Source: Chloroflexota bacterium
GTDB lineage: Bacteria; Chloroflexota; UBA11872
Length of the DNA stretch: 64,000 bases
Direction: 5' to 3'
Assembly (NCBI GenBank): GCA_965247475.1
Contig: OZ252016.1
Location: 1,951,625-2,015,624, forward strand
Below the pieces are notes generated by a model. That model did not search any database, was not told where the DNA came from, and saw only the letters and a program-made list of their open reading frames with translations. The position numbers were made by a program, and so were the translations under genes. Below, piece after piece: positions 8,692 to 18,806 of the stretch (the first letter of the stretch is position 1; each line of letters starts with the position of its first letter).

Positions 8692-9272
8692 ATGGAACGT
8701 GACGCTTGGAATCAGCTCTACGTCGGCGAGGAGCCTGACTCAGGCACCGGCACTGAGGAGCTATTCCTCGCAGTGGCACGTGAGTTCGAACCAGGCCGCG
8801 CCCTCGACTTGGGGTGCGGTCCCGGCACCCTGTCACTGGCGTTGGCCGAGATAGGGTGGCAAGTCACCGGCGTTAACTTTGCCGACGCCGCCATTGATCT
8901 CGCCCGAACGGCAGCGGCCGAGCGCAGGCTTGACGTGACGTTCCTCGTGGCGGACATCGCCCACTGGAGTCCGCCCGAGCCGTTCGACTTCGTCGTGAGC
9001 GCCTACGCAATGCCGCCCGGAGGCGCACAGAGGGACGCTGCGCTGGCGACCGCGATACATCGCTTGCGCCGGGCGGCAGAGTTGTCGTCGCCGAGTGGGA
9101 CCGATCAATGGCAGACGCCTGGAGTTTCATGAAGCCTGACGATCTTGTTTCCCTTGACAAGATCGTCTCAGGGCTGGAGGGACTCACGATTGACCGTGCT
9201 GACGTGATTAGCGTCGATGCCCACGGCGAACGGGCTCGGAGCGTTTTCGTTCAGGCGCACAAGCCCGGATAG
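8692..9272 (+). pseudogene. Class I SAM-dependent methyltransferase, frameshifted near 9060
   Basis: RALDLGCGPG and FDFVVS motifs. The continuation SLAPGGRVVVAEWD...FVQAHKPG* lies in another frame and ends at TAG 9270-9272. Confidence 0.8.
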
Positions 9273-9448
9273 CGGCCAACGGAGCATGCGCAGTCGCCAT
9301 CGGGGCAGTGGCAGGGCTGCTCGGTTGCTTCGGCGCTGACATCGCAACCTCCAAGGGGGCGATTCCACTACGGGTCCGGCGGCTCGACAAATGTCGTGGC
9401 GTTGTTCGCTCGCTTCGCTTCGACCTCACGTTCGTCCCGAGTCCGCGA

Positions 9449-9780
9449 ATGGCCCTCGCCCGCCGGAGGCCACTCAGCCGGAACTACCCGCAGCTCAGGC
9501 GCGAGCACGGCGAGCTCGAGCGCTTGGTGGACGATCCGCTACTGGACGTGTACCGTCTCAGGAAGTGGCCATCCCCGTGCCCCAGGACGCCACCAATACC
9601 AGAAGATGTGTGCCAAGGAGAAGGTAGTAGCCCTGTCTCCCATCTCCACGCAAGACGTTCTCACAGAGCTAGGCACCCCTACGATCAGCAACTACTGGTG
9701 GCTCAGACGGCAGGATCATCCCGAAGGTTCCTCCGTATCAGCGACGACTGTCTACCAGATCCTTCGCGGGGAGGGCCTTC
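9449..9780 (+). mobile_element. Degraded IS transposase N-terminal (HTH) remnant, IS481-like
   Basis: Fragments across frames: ...CPRTPP...EKVVAL...ELG...WLRRQDHPEGSSVSATTVYQILRGEGL resemble the transposase HTH region. Confidence 0.55.
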
Positions 9781-9964
9781 CTAGAAGCTCTGAGACCCGG
9801 GTACTCCCATCGGATCCCGCTGATACACCTGTGGCAGCGTCCCCTCCGATTCCTACTACGATACCAGTGGCATAGATCGCTGCGATGGCCTCCTTCATCG
9901 ACCTGCAAATACCTCTCAGCTTAGACGGCGTGGTGGGCTTCTCCAACAGGGATATGCTCACTCC

Positions 9965-11158
9965 ATGACCAAACAAGAACACCAGATCGAAGTCAAAGAC
10001 GTATGGAAGATATTCGGCAATAAACCAGAGCGCGTTCTCGAGCCTGAGCATGTGACAAAGAGTCGCGCGGATCTCCAGGAAGAGCTGGGCGTCGTGGTCG
10101 CACTGCGGAACATCTCATTCGCCGTCAACGCCGGACAGATCTTCGTCGTGATGGGACTGTCCGGCAGCGGCAAGTCAACGCTGGTGCGCTGCCTCATCCG
10201 GCTCATAAAAGCCAGCAGGGGACAGATCTACTTCGATGGTGAGGACATCCTCACGTACTCTCCGGAACAGCTCCTGCAGTTCCGGCGCAGCAAGGTTGCC
10301 ATGGTCTTCCAACACTATGCCCTTCTCCCGCATCGCCGCGTGCTGGATAACGTGGCATACGGTCTGGAGATACGAGGCATGGAAAAGGAGGACAGGTACA
10401 ACACGGCGTCGGAGACCATCGAGACCGTGGGTCTGAAGGGCTGGGAAGACTACTACCCCAGGGAGATGAGCGGCGGGATGCAGCAGCGGGTCGGACTTGC
10501 GAGGGCGTTGGCGGTGAACCCCGACGTACTGCTCATGGACGAGCCTTTCAGCGGCCTTGACCCGCTCATACGAAGGGAGATGCAGGACCAGCTCGTCTCC
10601 CTTCAGTCGGAACTTCACAAGACCATTGTCTTCATCACGCACGACCTGAACGAAGCTCTCAAAGTCGGTGACCGCATCGCCATCATGCGGGACGGGGAGA
10701 TCATCCAGGAGGGTTCGCCGGAGGAGATCGTAACGCTGCCGTCCGACGACTACGTAGCCGAGTTCGTGCGGGACGTGGCGAGGGCAAAGGTAATCCGGGC
10801 GAAGGCGATCATGCGGGAGCCGGACGTGGTGGTGTACGAGAGGCAAGGTCCCCGCACGGCGCTGCACGCCATGATGAATCACGGCATCGACGCGGTGTTC
10901 CTGATCGCGCGGGACTTCACGCTGCGTGGGATTCTCACGCGGGAGCAGGCCAGGGAGCTGGCATCGCAGCGCACGGCAACGTTGGATGGCGCGCAGGTCG
11001 TCGGGGCGGTGACCGCGGACCTCGACGACCTTATTGAGACGATAGTCCCGAAAGCAGCGGAGACCGAGCACCCGATCGCCGTGGTTGGCAGTAACGGGAG
11101 CCTGTTGGGGGAGATTCCCCGGGGGGCCGTGCTCATGGGTATTTCCGATAGCGATTAG
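9965..11158 (+). CDS. proV: Glycine betaine/proline ABC transporter ATP-binding subunit with CBS domains
   Basis: GLSGSGKST Walker A, MSGGMQQRVGLARAL, LLMDEPFSGLDPLIRREMQD. Confidence 0.93.
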   Translation: MTKQEHQIEVKDVWKIFGNKPERVLEPEHVTKSRADLQEELGVVVALRNISFAVNAGQIFVVMGLSGSGKSTLVRCLIRLIKASRGQIYFDGEDILTYSPEQLLQFRRSKVAMVFQHYALLPHRRVLDNVAYGLEIRGMEKEDRYNTASETIETVGLKGWEDYYPREMSGGMQQRVGLARALAVNPDVLLMDEPFSGLDPLIRREMQDQLVSLQSELHKTIVFITHDLNEALKVGDRIAIMRDGEIIQEGSPEEIVTLPSDDYVAEFVRDVARAKVIRAKAIMREPDVVVYERQGPRTALHAMMNHGIDAVFLIARDFTLRGILTREQARELASQRTATLDGAQVVGAVTADLDDLIETIVPKAAETEHPIAVVGSNGSLLGEIPRGAVLMGISDSD

Positions 11159-11168
11159 GAGGTTTGGC

Positions 11169-12224
11169 ATGTCCCAAACCGAGGACCCTCAGTCCGGCGC
11201 CGAGACCTGGGCGCGGCGCGTCGCACCGGGCGCCGTCTCGCCCATTTACCGCTGGGCGGCGGGGGTGATAGTGGTGGCGGCAGTGCTGGTGGCGAGTGTG
11301 CTGGTCTGGGGGCCGGAGATGGACTTCCCGACCACTGTATCCAGCATCGAATCCGATGCCGTTACCCTCGATCGAACCGTGCGGGACGTGACTGGAGGAG
11401 CCGTTGACGACTCGGTGGACTGGATTACCAGGGAGGCCTCCTGGCTGTTCGACGGGCTGAGCACGGCGGTCACCTATGCGTTGGTCAATATCGAGGGGGC
11501 CCTGAACTGGCTGCCCTGGCCGACCTTGCTGGTGGGCCTTGCGCTGGTCTCGTTCGCGGTGGGTCGATGGAGCCTGCTGGTCTTCACGTCGCTGGCCCTG
11601 CTGTTCGTCGGCTTCATGGACCTTTGGGAGAACACCATGGACACCATCGCCCTGATGGTGGTGGCGGTGTTCATCGCGGTGTCGATCGGGCTCCCGCTGG
11701 GCGTCCTAGCCGCCCGCAACCGGACGGCGGACTTTGTGCTGCGCCCGATCCTGGACGGAATGCAGACGATGCCCAGCTTCGTCTACCTGCTGCCGGGCAT
11801 CCTCTTCTTCGGGCTGGGGAAGCCGGCGGGCATCTTCGCGACGATCATTTACGCGGTGCCGCCGGTGATACGACTGACCAACGTGGGGATCCGCCAGGTC
11901 TCCGCCGAGACCGTCGAGGCCGCCCGCTCCTTCGGCGCCTCGCCCTCGCAGATACTCACCAAGGTCCAGATTCCCCTGGCGCTGCCCACCATCATGGCCG
12001 GCATCAATCAGACCACGATGATGGCCCTGGCGATGGTAACCATCGCCAGCCTGGTGGCGGCGGGCGGCCTGGGCGACAACGTGAATCGGGCTCTCCAGAA
12101 GAACGAGCCCGGGAACGGCCTGCTGGCCGGGTTGGCAATTGTATTCCTTGCCATCATTATAGACCGGTTGACGCAATCGGTCGCCAGCGGCCGACACGAG
12201 GCGTTGCGCGCGGGTGTAGGATAG
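11169..12224 (+). CDS. proW: Glycine betaine/proline ABC transporter permease
   Basis: PILDGMQTMPSFVYL, PPVIRLTNVGIRQV, EAARSFG, GINQTTMMALAMV. ATG 11169 follows GGAGG. Confidence 0.93.
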   Translation: MSQTEDPQSGAETWARRVAPGAVSPIYRWAAGVIVVAAVLVASVLVWGPEMDFPTTVSSIESDAVTLDRTVRDVTGGAVDDSVDWITREASWLFDGLSTAVTYALVNIEGALNWLPWPTLLVGLALVSFAVGRWSLLVFTSLALLFVGFMDLWENTMDTIALMVVAVFIAVSIGLPLGVLAARNRTADFVLRPILDGMQTMPSFVYLLPGILFFGLGKPAGIFATIIYAVPPVIRLTNVGIRQVSAETVEAARSFGASPSQILTKVQIPLALPTIMAGINQTTMMALAMVTIASLVAAGGLGDNVNRALQKNEPGNGLLAGLAIVFLAIIIDRLTQSVASGRHEALRAGVG

Positions 12225-12342
12225 GAGCGGCAAACGGCCACGCGGACGCCGTTGGTGCGACGGCACAAGGATTGCCAGGAATATCAGGTGGCCGGCGGGC
12301 CGAAGACTGCCCAATGCCGCTCAGACCATAAGGAATAGTGAC

Positions 12343-13368
12343 ATGTTGTCCAAATGCAGACTCTTCGTGCTGGCAGTGGCCTTGCTTGCCGTCGTTGGCG
12401 CCGTCGCGTGTGGTGAAAGCGAGACCACCGAGCAGAAAGAGACCATCGTTTTCAGCGATCTAAACTGGACCAGCGCACAGGTCCAGAATCGCATCGCACA
12501 GTACCTCGTCGAGAAGGGGTACGGCTATCCAACCGACGTGGTGTTCGGCGCCACGCTTCCCCTGTTCCAGGGTCTACGCCGGGGCGACAGCCACGTAACC
12601 ATGGAGATCTGGCTGCCCAACCAGGACGAGGCCTGGATGGAAGCTCAGGCCGCCGGGGAAGTTGTCTCCCTCGGCAAGAGCCTCGGCAAAGACTGGCAGT
12701 CGGCTTTCGTCATCCCCGCCTATCTTGCTGAGCAGTATCCCGATCTGGACAACGTGGAGGACCTGAAAGAAGCCAGATTCAAGGAGCTGTTTGCGACTGC
12801 CGAAACGGGCGGCAAGGCGCGCCTGGTGTCCTGCGTCACCGGCTGGGCCTGCGAGGAAGTCAATGCACAGCAAATCGAGGGCTACGGTCTATCGGATCAC
12901 GTTCACATCATCAACCCAGGGGACGGAGCGGCTGCGAACGCCGATCTGTACGGCGCCTACGAGAAAGGTGAGCCGTGGCTCGGCTACCAGTGGGGCACCA
13001 ATGACCCCGCTCTGGTCCTGGATCTCGTCCGACTCGACGAGCCTGCGTACAGCGACGAGTGCTGGTTCGGCTCCAAGGCATGCGCGTACGAAGACGCCAC
13101 AATCCTGATCGCCGTCCATCCAGACCTGACGGCCAGGGCTCCAGGTGTCGTGGACATGCTGCGAGCCTGGGACTTCGACATCGACGCCTACAGCGAAGTC
13201 GCCGCCTGGCAGCGCGACAACCCGGATGCGGACGCGAACGACGCCGCCCTCTGGTGGCTGAACAGCAAGTCCGACGTCTGGACCACCTGGGTTACCGACG
13301 AGGCCGCCACCAACATTCAGTCTGCCCTCGAAGCTAGAGAGACCCCCGACGGCTGGCCTACCGAGTAG
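12343..13368 (+). CDS. proX: Glycine betaine ABC transporter substrate-binding lipoprotein
   Basis: Lipobox AVAC, LNWTSA, MEIWLPN, CVTGWAC, PWLGYQW. Confidence 0.9.
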   Translation: MLSKCRLFVLAVALLAVVGAVACGESETTEQKETIVFSDLNWTSAQVQNRIAQYLVEKGYGYPTDVVFGATLPLFQGLRRGDSHVTMEIWLPNQDEAWMEAQAAGEVVSLGKSLGKDWQSAFVIPAYLAEQYPDLDNVEDLKEARFKELFATAETGGKARLVSCVTGWACEEVNAQQIEGYGLSDHVHIINPGDGAAANADLYGAYEKGEPWLGYQWGTNDPALVLDLVRLDEPAYSDECWFGSKACAYEDATILIAVHPDLTARAPGVVDMLRAWDFDIDAYSEVAAWQRDNPDADANDAALWWLNSKSDVWTTWVTDEAATNIQSALEARETPDGWPTE

Positions 13369-13404
13369 CCCGGACGGCCTCGGTTTCGCCCGCCTTGGCA
13401 TAGG

Positions 13405-13433
13405 GGCCGGCGGCAGTCGCTTGGCCGCCGGCC
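13405..13433 (+). terminator. GC-rich hairpin after proX (possible terminator)
   Basis: Perfect 10-bp stem GGCCGGCGGC/GCCGCCGGCC with 9-nt loop; no clear U-tract. Confidence 0.45.
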
Positions 13434-13639
13434 TGCTGGCAGTGCGCTGTCTGGTCCGTTGTCGAGGCGCCTCTCCCGCCTCACTGACGAGGATCGAATC
13501 CTGAGGTCGGCCGCACCGGCGACGGATTCAACTCGGGGATGAAGCGTCGGGACTGCGTCCCGGTCAAACCGACCTGACGCCGGAGGAGCCTGTCGAAACC
13601 TGATCGGCCAGCAGGTCGTTTGACACAAGCTTGATACCG

Positions 13640-13700
13640 TCGCCTCGGCCTCTTTGAGCTCGTGTATCACCTGCTCTGGTGTACGCTTCCTCCTCGCCAG
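13640..13700 (-). mobile_element. IS3-family OrfA N-terminal remnant
   Basis: LARRKRTPEQVIHELKEAEA resembles the start of IS3-family OrfA; no downstream transposase follows. Confidence 0.45.
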
Positions 13701-13850
13701 TCGCCCCGTCTCTTCGGCCGAGGGCACTAACATTCGCCCCGGACCGGTTACTAGCGAGCAGGCCATTGGTTCGGAGCCAGGATCCGGATCGCCGTCCCTT
13801 CACAAAGCCAGGCCGAGTGGTGCAAGAACCTTCTTACTCAGACCACTAGC

Positions 13851-15457
13851 ATGAAGTACGACCTCCAAGCTCTCCGCGGGGATGTCTTCGGCGGCATCAC
13901 ATCGGCAGTGGTGGGGCTGCCCCGTGGCGCTGGCCTTCGGCGTCGCGTCCGGCCTGGGAGCGCTGGCCGGCATATACGGGGCAATCGCGGTGGGTTTCTT
14001 CGCGGCGGTGTTCGGTGGGACTCGGTCTCAGATATCAGGTCCCACCGGCCCGATGGCCGTGGCGATGGCGGTCATCGTCACCAGTCATGCCGACAACCTC
14101 GCCGAGGCATTCACGATTGCCATTATGGCGGGTCTTATACAGATTCTTCTGGGCGTACTAAGAATCGGTCGGTTCGTATCCTTCACACCGTACTCGGTTA
14201 TATCCAGATTCATGTCAGGCATCGGCATAATCATCATTCTGCCGTTCCTGGGCGCGCCCGTCACGACGGGCGGACCGGTGGGAGCGGTCCGCGCGCTGCC
14301 CGAAGTGATAAGCGAGGTGAACCTCAGCGCGCTCGCCATCGCGGCCGTCACCCTTGTCGTAGGCGTGGTTTGGCCAGGTCGGCTCAGGAAGTTTCTCCCG
14401 CCTACCCCTGGCGGCGCTGATCGCCGGGACGCTGCTGGGCGTCCTGTGGTTGAGCGACACGCCGGTGATTGGCGCGGTGCCAACCGGCCTGCCGAACGTG
14501 CGGTTGCCGGATCTTTCCCTCAACGTCTTGGCGGGCGCCGTGCAGCCAGCCTTGACCATTGCGCTGCTCGGCTCCATCGACAGCCTGCTGACGTCCCTGG
14601 TAGCCGATTCGATGACGCGTACACGTCATAGCCCGAACCGGGAGCTGGTGGGTCAAGGGCTCGGCAACGTGGCCGCGGGACTCGTCGGGGGTCTGCCCGG
14701 TGCCGGGGCCACCGTGGGCACGGTGGTGAACATACGCGCCGGCAGACGGACACAGGTCTCGGGAGCGCTGCGGGCGGCAATCCTGCTGGCGCTGCTTCTG
14801 GGCCTAGGGAAGTACGTCGAGATGGTTCCCCATGCGGTCCTTGCCGGCATCCTGATGAAAGTCGGCTGGGACATCATCGATTGGCGATTTCTCACCCGCA
14901 TCCACCGCGTTCAGCGGGAACACCTGCTGGTGATGCTGATCACGCTCGGACTCACGGTTTTCCTCGACCTGATCACGGCCGTAACGATAGGTCTGATCGC
15001 CGCGGGGATGGCCAGCGCGCGGCAGTTCGAGCGCCTGGAGCTGGACCGTGTGGTCTCCGTGCCACTGCTGGACCAGAGCCTGTTCGCCGGTCAGGGAGAC
15101 GCGATGGCGGCGGATGCGTTCTCCGCGCGCGTTGGCCTGGTGGCGCTCCGAGGGAGTTTTACCGTCGCGTCCTCTCACAAGCTGATCAACACGATCAGCT
15201 TGGACATCCGGGATCACGAGGTCGTGATCCTCGACTTCTCAGAGACCGTCTACATGGACGACAGCGCCGGCCTGGTCGTGGAGCAGTTGATCGATAGGGC
15301 GATTGCGCAGGACACCGAGTGCATCGTGATGGGTCTCACTGGTTCGGCCGCGACCACGCTTCAGGCGCTCAACGTTCTTCGGCGTGTTCCGGCGGAGTAT
15401 TTTGCCGCGACCTTGGACGAGGCGACCGAAACCGCGAAGCGGATACTCGACGGGTAG
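13851..15457 (+). pseudogene. SulP family anion transporter with STAS domain, two +1 frameshifts
   Basis: LRGDVFGGITSAVVGLP | PVALAFG...GPTGPMAV...KFLPP | TLAALIAG...ALLGSIDSLLTSLVAD...NRELVGQG...STAS. Extra C in C-runs near 13920 and 14405. Confidence 0.9.
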
Positions 15458-15488
15458 ACGGGCGGCTGTGTGCGGGGGCGCCGTGGGG

Positions 15489-15700
15489 TTCCTTCGACGG
15501 ACTCAGGACGAGCCCTTCGACAGGCTCAGGACGTGCTTTCGCCGGTCCGGTGGCCGTGAGGTTCCTCGGCTGCGCCTCGGAATGACAGGAGGGTGCGCGC
15601 GATCCGTCAGACGGCGTGGTTGGGAACGAGACGGCGGCAGCGCCAGACCCCTCACCCTGAACCCTCTCCCATGGGCGAGGGAACTCGCCCGTCCGGACGA
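15489..15700. repeat. Composite intergenic repeat cluster (A, A, B, C) between convergent genes
   Basis: CCTTCGACGGACTCAGG, CCTTCGACAGGCTCAGG, GCCGGTCCGGTGGCCGTGAGGTTCCTCGG...GGAATGACA, CCCTCACCCTGAACCCTCTCCCATGGGCGAGGG. Confidence 0.8.
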
Positions 15701-15740
15701 CGTCCGGGGGCTGGATGCCCCGCGTGGCAGTCGGTGTCTG

Positions 15741-16745
15741 TCAGGCGCACCAGGGAGCGTCGGGGCTCCAGCGGTTGAGATGGTCGGCCTGGCGAGCGCG
15801 CTCCGCGGAATCCGCTTCGGCAATCCGCGCGCGGGCGCGATCCCAGAGGCTCACCCATTCCCCATGGTCGGCGAGGACGCTTAACGGGTCTGACTTGCTT
15901 CGAACCACGAACCCGGGAAACCAGGACCGGCCGGTGTACTGGCCCGTCGGGTGGTAGCGCAGATCGAAGCTCCAGCGAATCGCATCCGTCCTGTTCGCGC
16001 GGGCACAGTGCATGGTGTACCGCGTGAAGAAAAGCGCCGATCCGGCCCTCATGGGGACAGGTATGGCCGCGTCTTCCCGCACGAGCTGATCGGGGATCCG
16101 AACCGTCGGAAGCGGGCAGTGACCGACGACTCCGCGCTTGTGGCTGCCGGGCACGACGGTCAGGCAACCCGAGTCCGCGGTCACATCAGCTACCGGTACC
16201 CAGACCGAGAGCATATCGGTACTTTCGGCGTCCTCGGTTATGACCCCGCTGTCCTGATGCCAGGGGGTCACTATCGTGCCGAGCGTAATTCCGGTCTCTG
16301 TCTGCTCATCACTCGGTGGTTGTTTGGAAGCTGGAACCCTCATGCGGATGTGCTGGACGGGATTCGAGTACAGTTCCGGCCCCAGGAGCTGCTCCACAAT
16401 GTCGATCAATGGACGATGCGTGAGCAGGTCGAACGCCCCCTTCCCCAAATACATGGGCGTGTCCTCGGTGACGTTTTCCTGCGGGAGGGATATGTCAAAT
16501 CGCTGGAGCAACACGTCGCCGGCTTGCTCCCATACGCTGACGACACGGTCGCTGAACGGCGCCTGCGGGTCGTAGGACTGAATAACCCCCTGCTCGAGCA
16601 TTTCAGCGGCGGTGTCGTCGATAATGTCGCTGTACTCCTGCTTGAGGACTCGAAAATCGACCTCGGGGTCAAACACGTCCTCGGCGACCGTGTAGCCCTC
16701 TTCGTGGAATTGCTCGATTTGCGCGTCGGTAAGAAAGGCGGTCAT
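15741..16745 (-). CDS. Phytanoyl-CoA dioxygenase family (Fe/2OG) protein
   Basis: QIEQFHEEGY, TPWHQDSG (HxD), LSVWVP, GCLTVVPGSH, MHCARAN, IRWSFDLRY. Confidence 0.92.
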   Translation of the reverse strand: MTAFLTDAQIEQFHEEGYTVAEDVFDPEVDFRVLKQEYSDIIDDTAAEMLEQGVIQSYDPQAPFSDRVVSVWEQAGDVLLQRFDISLPQENVTEDTPMYLGKGAFDLLTHRPLIDIVEQLLGPELYSNPVQHIRMRVPASKQPPSDEQTETGITLGTIVTPWHQDSGVITEDAESTDMLSVWVPVADVTADSGCLTVVPGSHKRGVVGHCPLPTVRIPDQLVREDAAIPVPMRAGSALFFTRYTMHCARANRTDAIRWSFDLRYHPTGQYTGRSWFPGFVVRSKSDPLSVLADHGEWVSLWDRARARIAEADSAERARQADHLNRWSPDAPWCA

Positions 16746-17065
16746 TCGCTGCTCTCCGCGTCGCTGGGTCGATACGTACCCGGCTCGTGAATGAGCGGAT
16801 TATCGCCCCGGGATTGCCGATTGTCGATGGCGGCGGGGCTGATTGGCCCCAGACGCCCGCGCTTCGAGTCGCGCGAGGCAGGGCGGGAAACCGGCCGTTC
16901 CGTCCCGCGCCCAGAATCGGTTAGGCGTGAACGTGGGGATCGGTGCTTGGGGATTAGGATATCGGTGCGGCCGGTTTGACGCTGTCGCTGAGCACAGGCA
17001 CGCGCGAGCGTTGTGAGGGCGGCTTCAGGCGGCATGCCCATCGCACGCGTGGAGGGGAAGCGCGG

Positions 17066-17647
17066 ATGCGAGAGATCGGCTGGCGCGGATTCGTGACACT
17101 GGCGGCGCTCGCGACCCTGGCCGTGCTGGTCGCGTGCGGCGCGACCACGACTGGAGAGGAACCTGGGCAGTTCTCCGTCGCGACCGGTCGAATGGCGACC
17201 GAGGCAGATCTCGTCTTGACCGAGGCCGACGCGGGCGGGGTCATTGACACCCCGACCTTTCAGGCGGACATCGGGCTATTGGACAAGCAGGGTGTCGTGC
17301 TCATGCTCGACGGCGACGACGCGTCGAGCCTGCGCTGGCGCTTCGCCGAGAAGCCCGATCCGTTCCTGGTCGAGTGGTACAAGGTGAACGATCAACTCGT
17401 CTTCGAGACGGGTGACCTGATCGGCGATCCGGCCACGGCCGCGAAGGTCCTGGAGTTCCGGCCCTTTGCGATCGGGGACACGACCTTCGTCCTCGAGCTC
17501 GTCGAGCAGGACCCCGCCAATCGGACCGGTGATCCGGCCAAACGGCTCGAGTACACCTTTGCCGTCTGCTACCAGCCAGCCAACGACCCATTTGGGTCGT
17601 TGGCGGCCGACTCTGACGTGGGCGGGTGCGTTGGAGAGGGCCGGTGA
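17066..17647 (+). CDS. Paralogous lipoprotein family member 1
   Basis: Lipobox LVAC; shared core LTEADAG...PAKRLEYTF; tail AVCYQPAND...GGCVGEGR. ATG 17066 follows GGAGG. Confidence 0.9.
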   Translation: MREIGWRGFVTLAALATLAVLVACGATTTGEEPGQFSVATGRMATEADLVLTEADAGGVIDTPTFQADIGLLDKQGVVLMLDGDDASSLRWRFAEKPDPFLVEWYKVNDQLVFETGDLIGDPATAAKVLEFRPFAIGDTTFVLELVEQDPANRTGDPAKRLEYTFAVCYQPANDPFGSLAADSDVGGCVGEGR

Positions 17648-18038
17648 TCTCAGGCCCGACGGACACCTGACGCCCTGCCGGAGGCGCTAGGGGCCAGGTT
17701 GGTCGGATCTCCCGCGTCATCGCGCGGCTCTCGCATGGCGCGGTGTCGCTGCCGGCCAACTCGCGCTCGCACGGTTCATAGCACGCCGGGCAGTCGAACG
17801 GCATAGCTGAACGCGAGTCGCTGGGGGCCGCTTCAGGGCGGCACGGCATCAGGCCGCGATACCTTCCGAATCCCAAGTCCAGGGGTTGAGACCGGCCCGG
17901 CCCTCAGACAGGACCTCGGCCTACTCCAACTCCTTCAGCGCCACGCGGCCCTGCTCGTCAGGAGGGTCACCGTCTCCCAGGGCGCCGGCGGAGATGCGCT
18001 CAGGCCATGGCCGCCATGAGCCGTCGCCCGGCGTATCG

Positions 18039-18605
18039 CTATGTCCCCGCGGCGTCCACCCACCTGCCGCTCTTCACAAAGGTCACCTCAAACATGTACT
18101 CGAGCCGCTTGGCCGGATCACCAGTCCGCTTGGCCGGATCGCGTTCGACCAGCTCGAGGATCAGGTTGGTCTGGTCGTGCACGTTGGCGCGGAATTCCAG
18201 GACCTTTGCCGCCGTGGTCGGATCGCCGATCAGCCCGTCGGTCTCGAAGGCCGGCAGGCCGTCCACTTTGTGCCACTCCATGACCGCGGTGTCGGGCTTC
18301 TTGGCGAAGCGCCAGCGCAGGGTCGAATCATCGTCGCCCGCTAGATGAATCTCCGTGCCCTTCTTGTCAGGGTTGTCGAGCTCCCATTGGTACCGGTGCG
18401 TCACGATGAGCTCGCCGGCATCGGCTTCCGTGAGAACCTGGTGGTCGACGACTGTCTGGCGTTGGTCGTCCTGGATCTGTTGGGTCGCGGTTGCGCCGGA
18501 AGCCTCGCTGGTCTCACCCTCCGCGCCGCAGGCCACCAGCGCCGCCAGGCTGGCAAGCGCGGCCATCCCTAGGAACACGCGGCGGGTCATCGTTGGCGTC
18601 GTCAC
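18039..18605 (-). CDS. Paralogous lipoprotein family member 2
   Basis: TRRVFL twin-arginine motif, LVAC lipobox, shared core. Confidence 0.9.
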   Translation of the reverse strand: MTTPTMTRRVFLGMAALASLAALVACGAEGETSEASGATATQQIQDDQRQTVVDHQVLTEADAGELIVTHRYQWELDNPDKKGTEIHLAGDDDSTLRWRFAKKPDTAVMEWHKVDGLPAFETDGLIGDPTTAAKVLEFRANVHDQTNLILELVERDPAKRTGDPAKRLEYMFEVTFVKSGRWVDAAGT

Positions 18606-18806
18606 GCTTGCCCCCTCGGCGAACCGAGTCGCCTTTCCCTCGGGTGACAGGACGTGAGTCTACTCCCCGACGCTTGCCGAGCCGCCGGCGGCGGGGCGCC
18701 AGGCGCGGGATTGGCGAGCGGCATCCTGTCGAGCCGCGCAGCGAGGATCGGCTACGATCCCGGCCAGGAAGCGCCGCCGCCGAGCCGCCGGGTGCAGAGG
18801 GGCCGC

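Noticed and set aside
9752-9900. Universal stress protein-like ORF on the minus strand
   Set aside because: Only a vague IVVGIGG resemblance; the plus-strand IS remnant explains the region better.
17690-18030. Small Cys-containing ORF (MPFDCPACYEPC...) or frameshifted extension of member 2
   Set aside because: No RBS or family motif that I can support; could be chance in GC-rich DNA.
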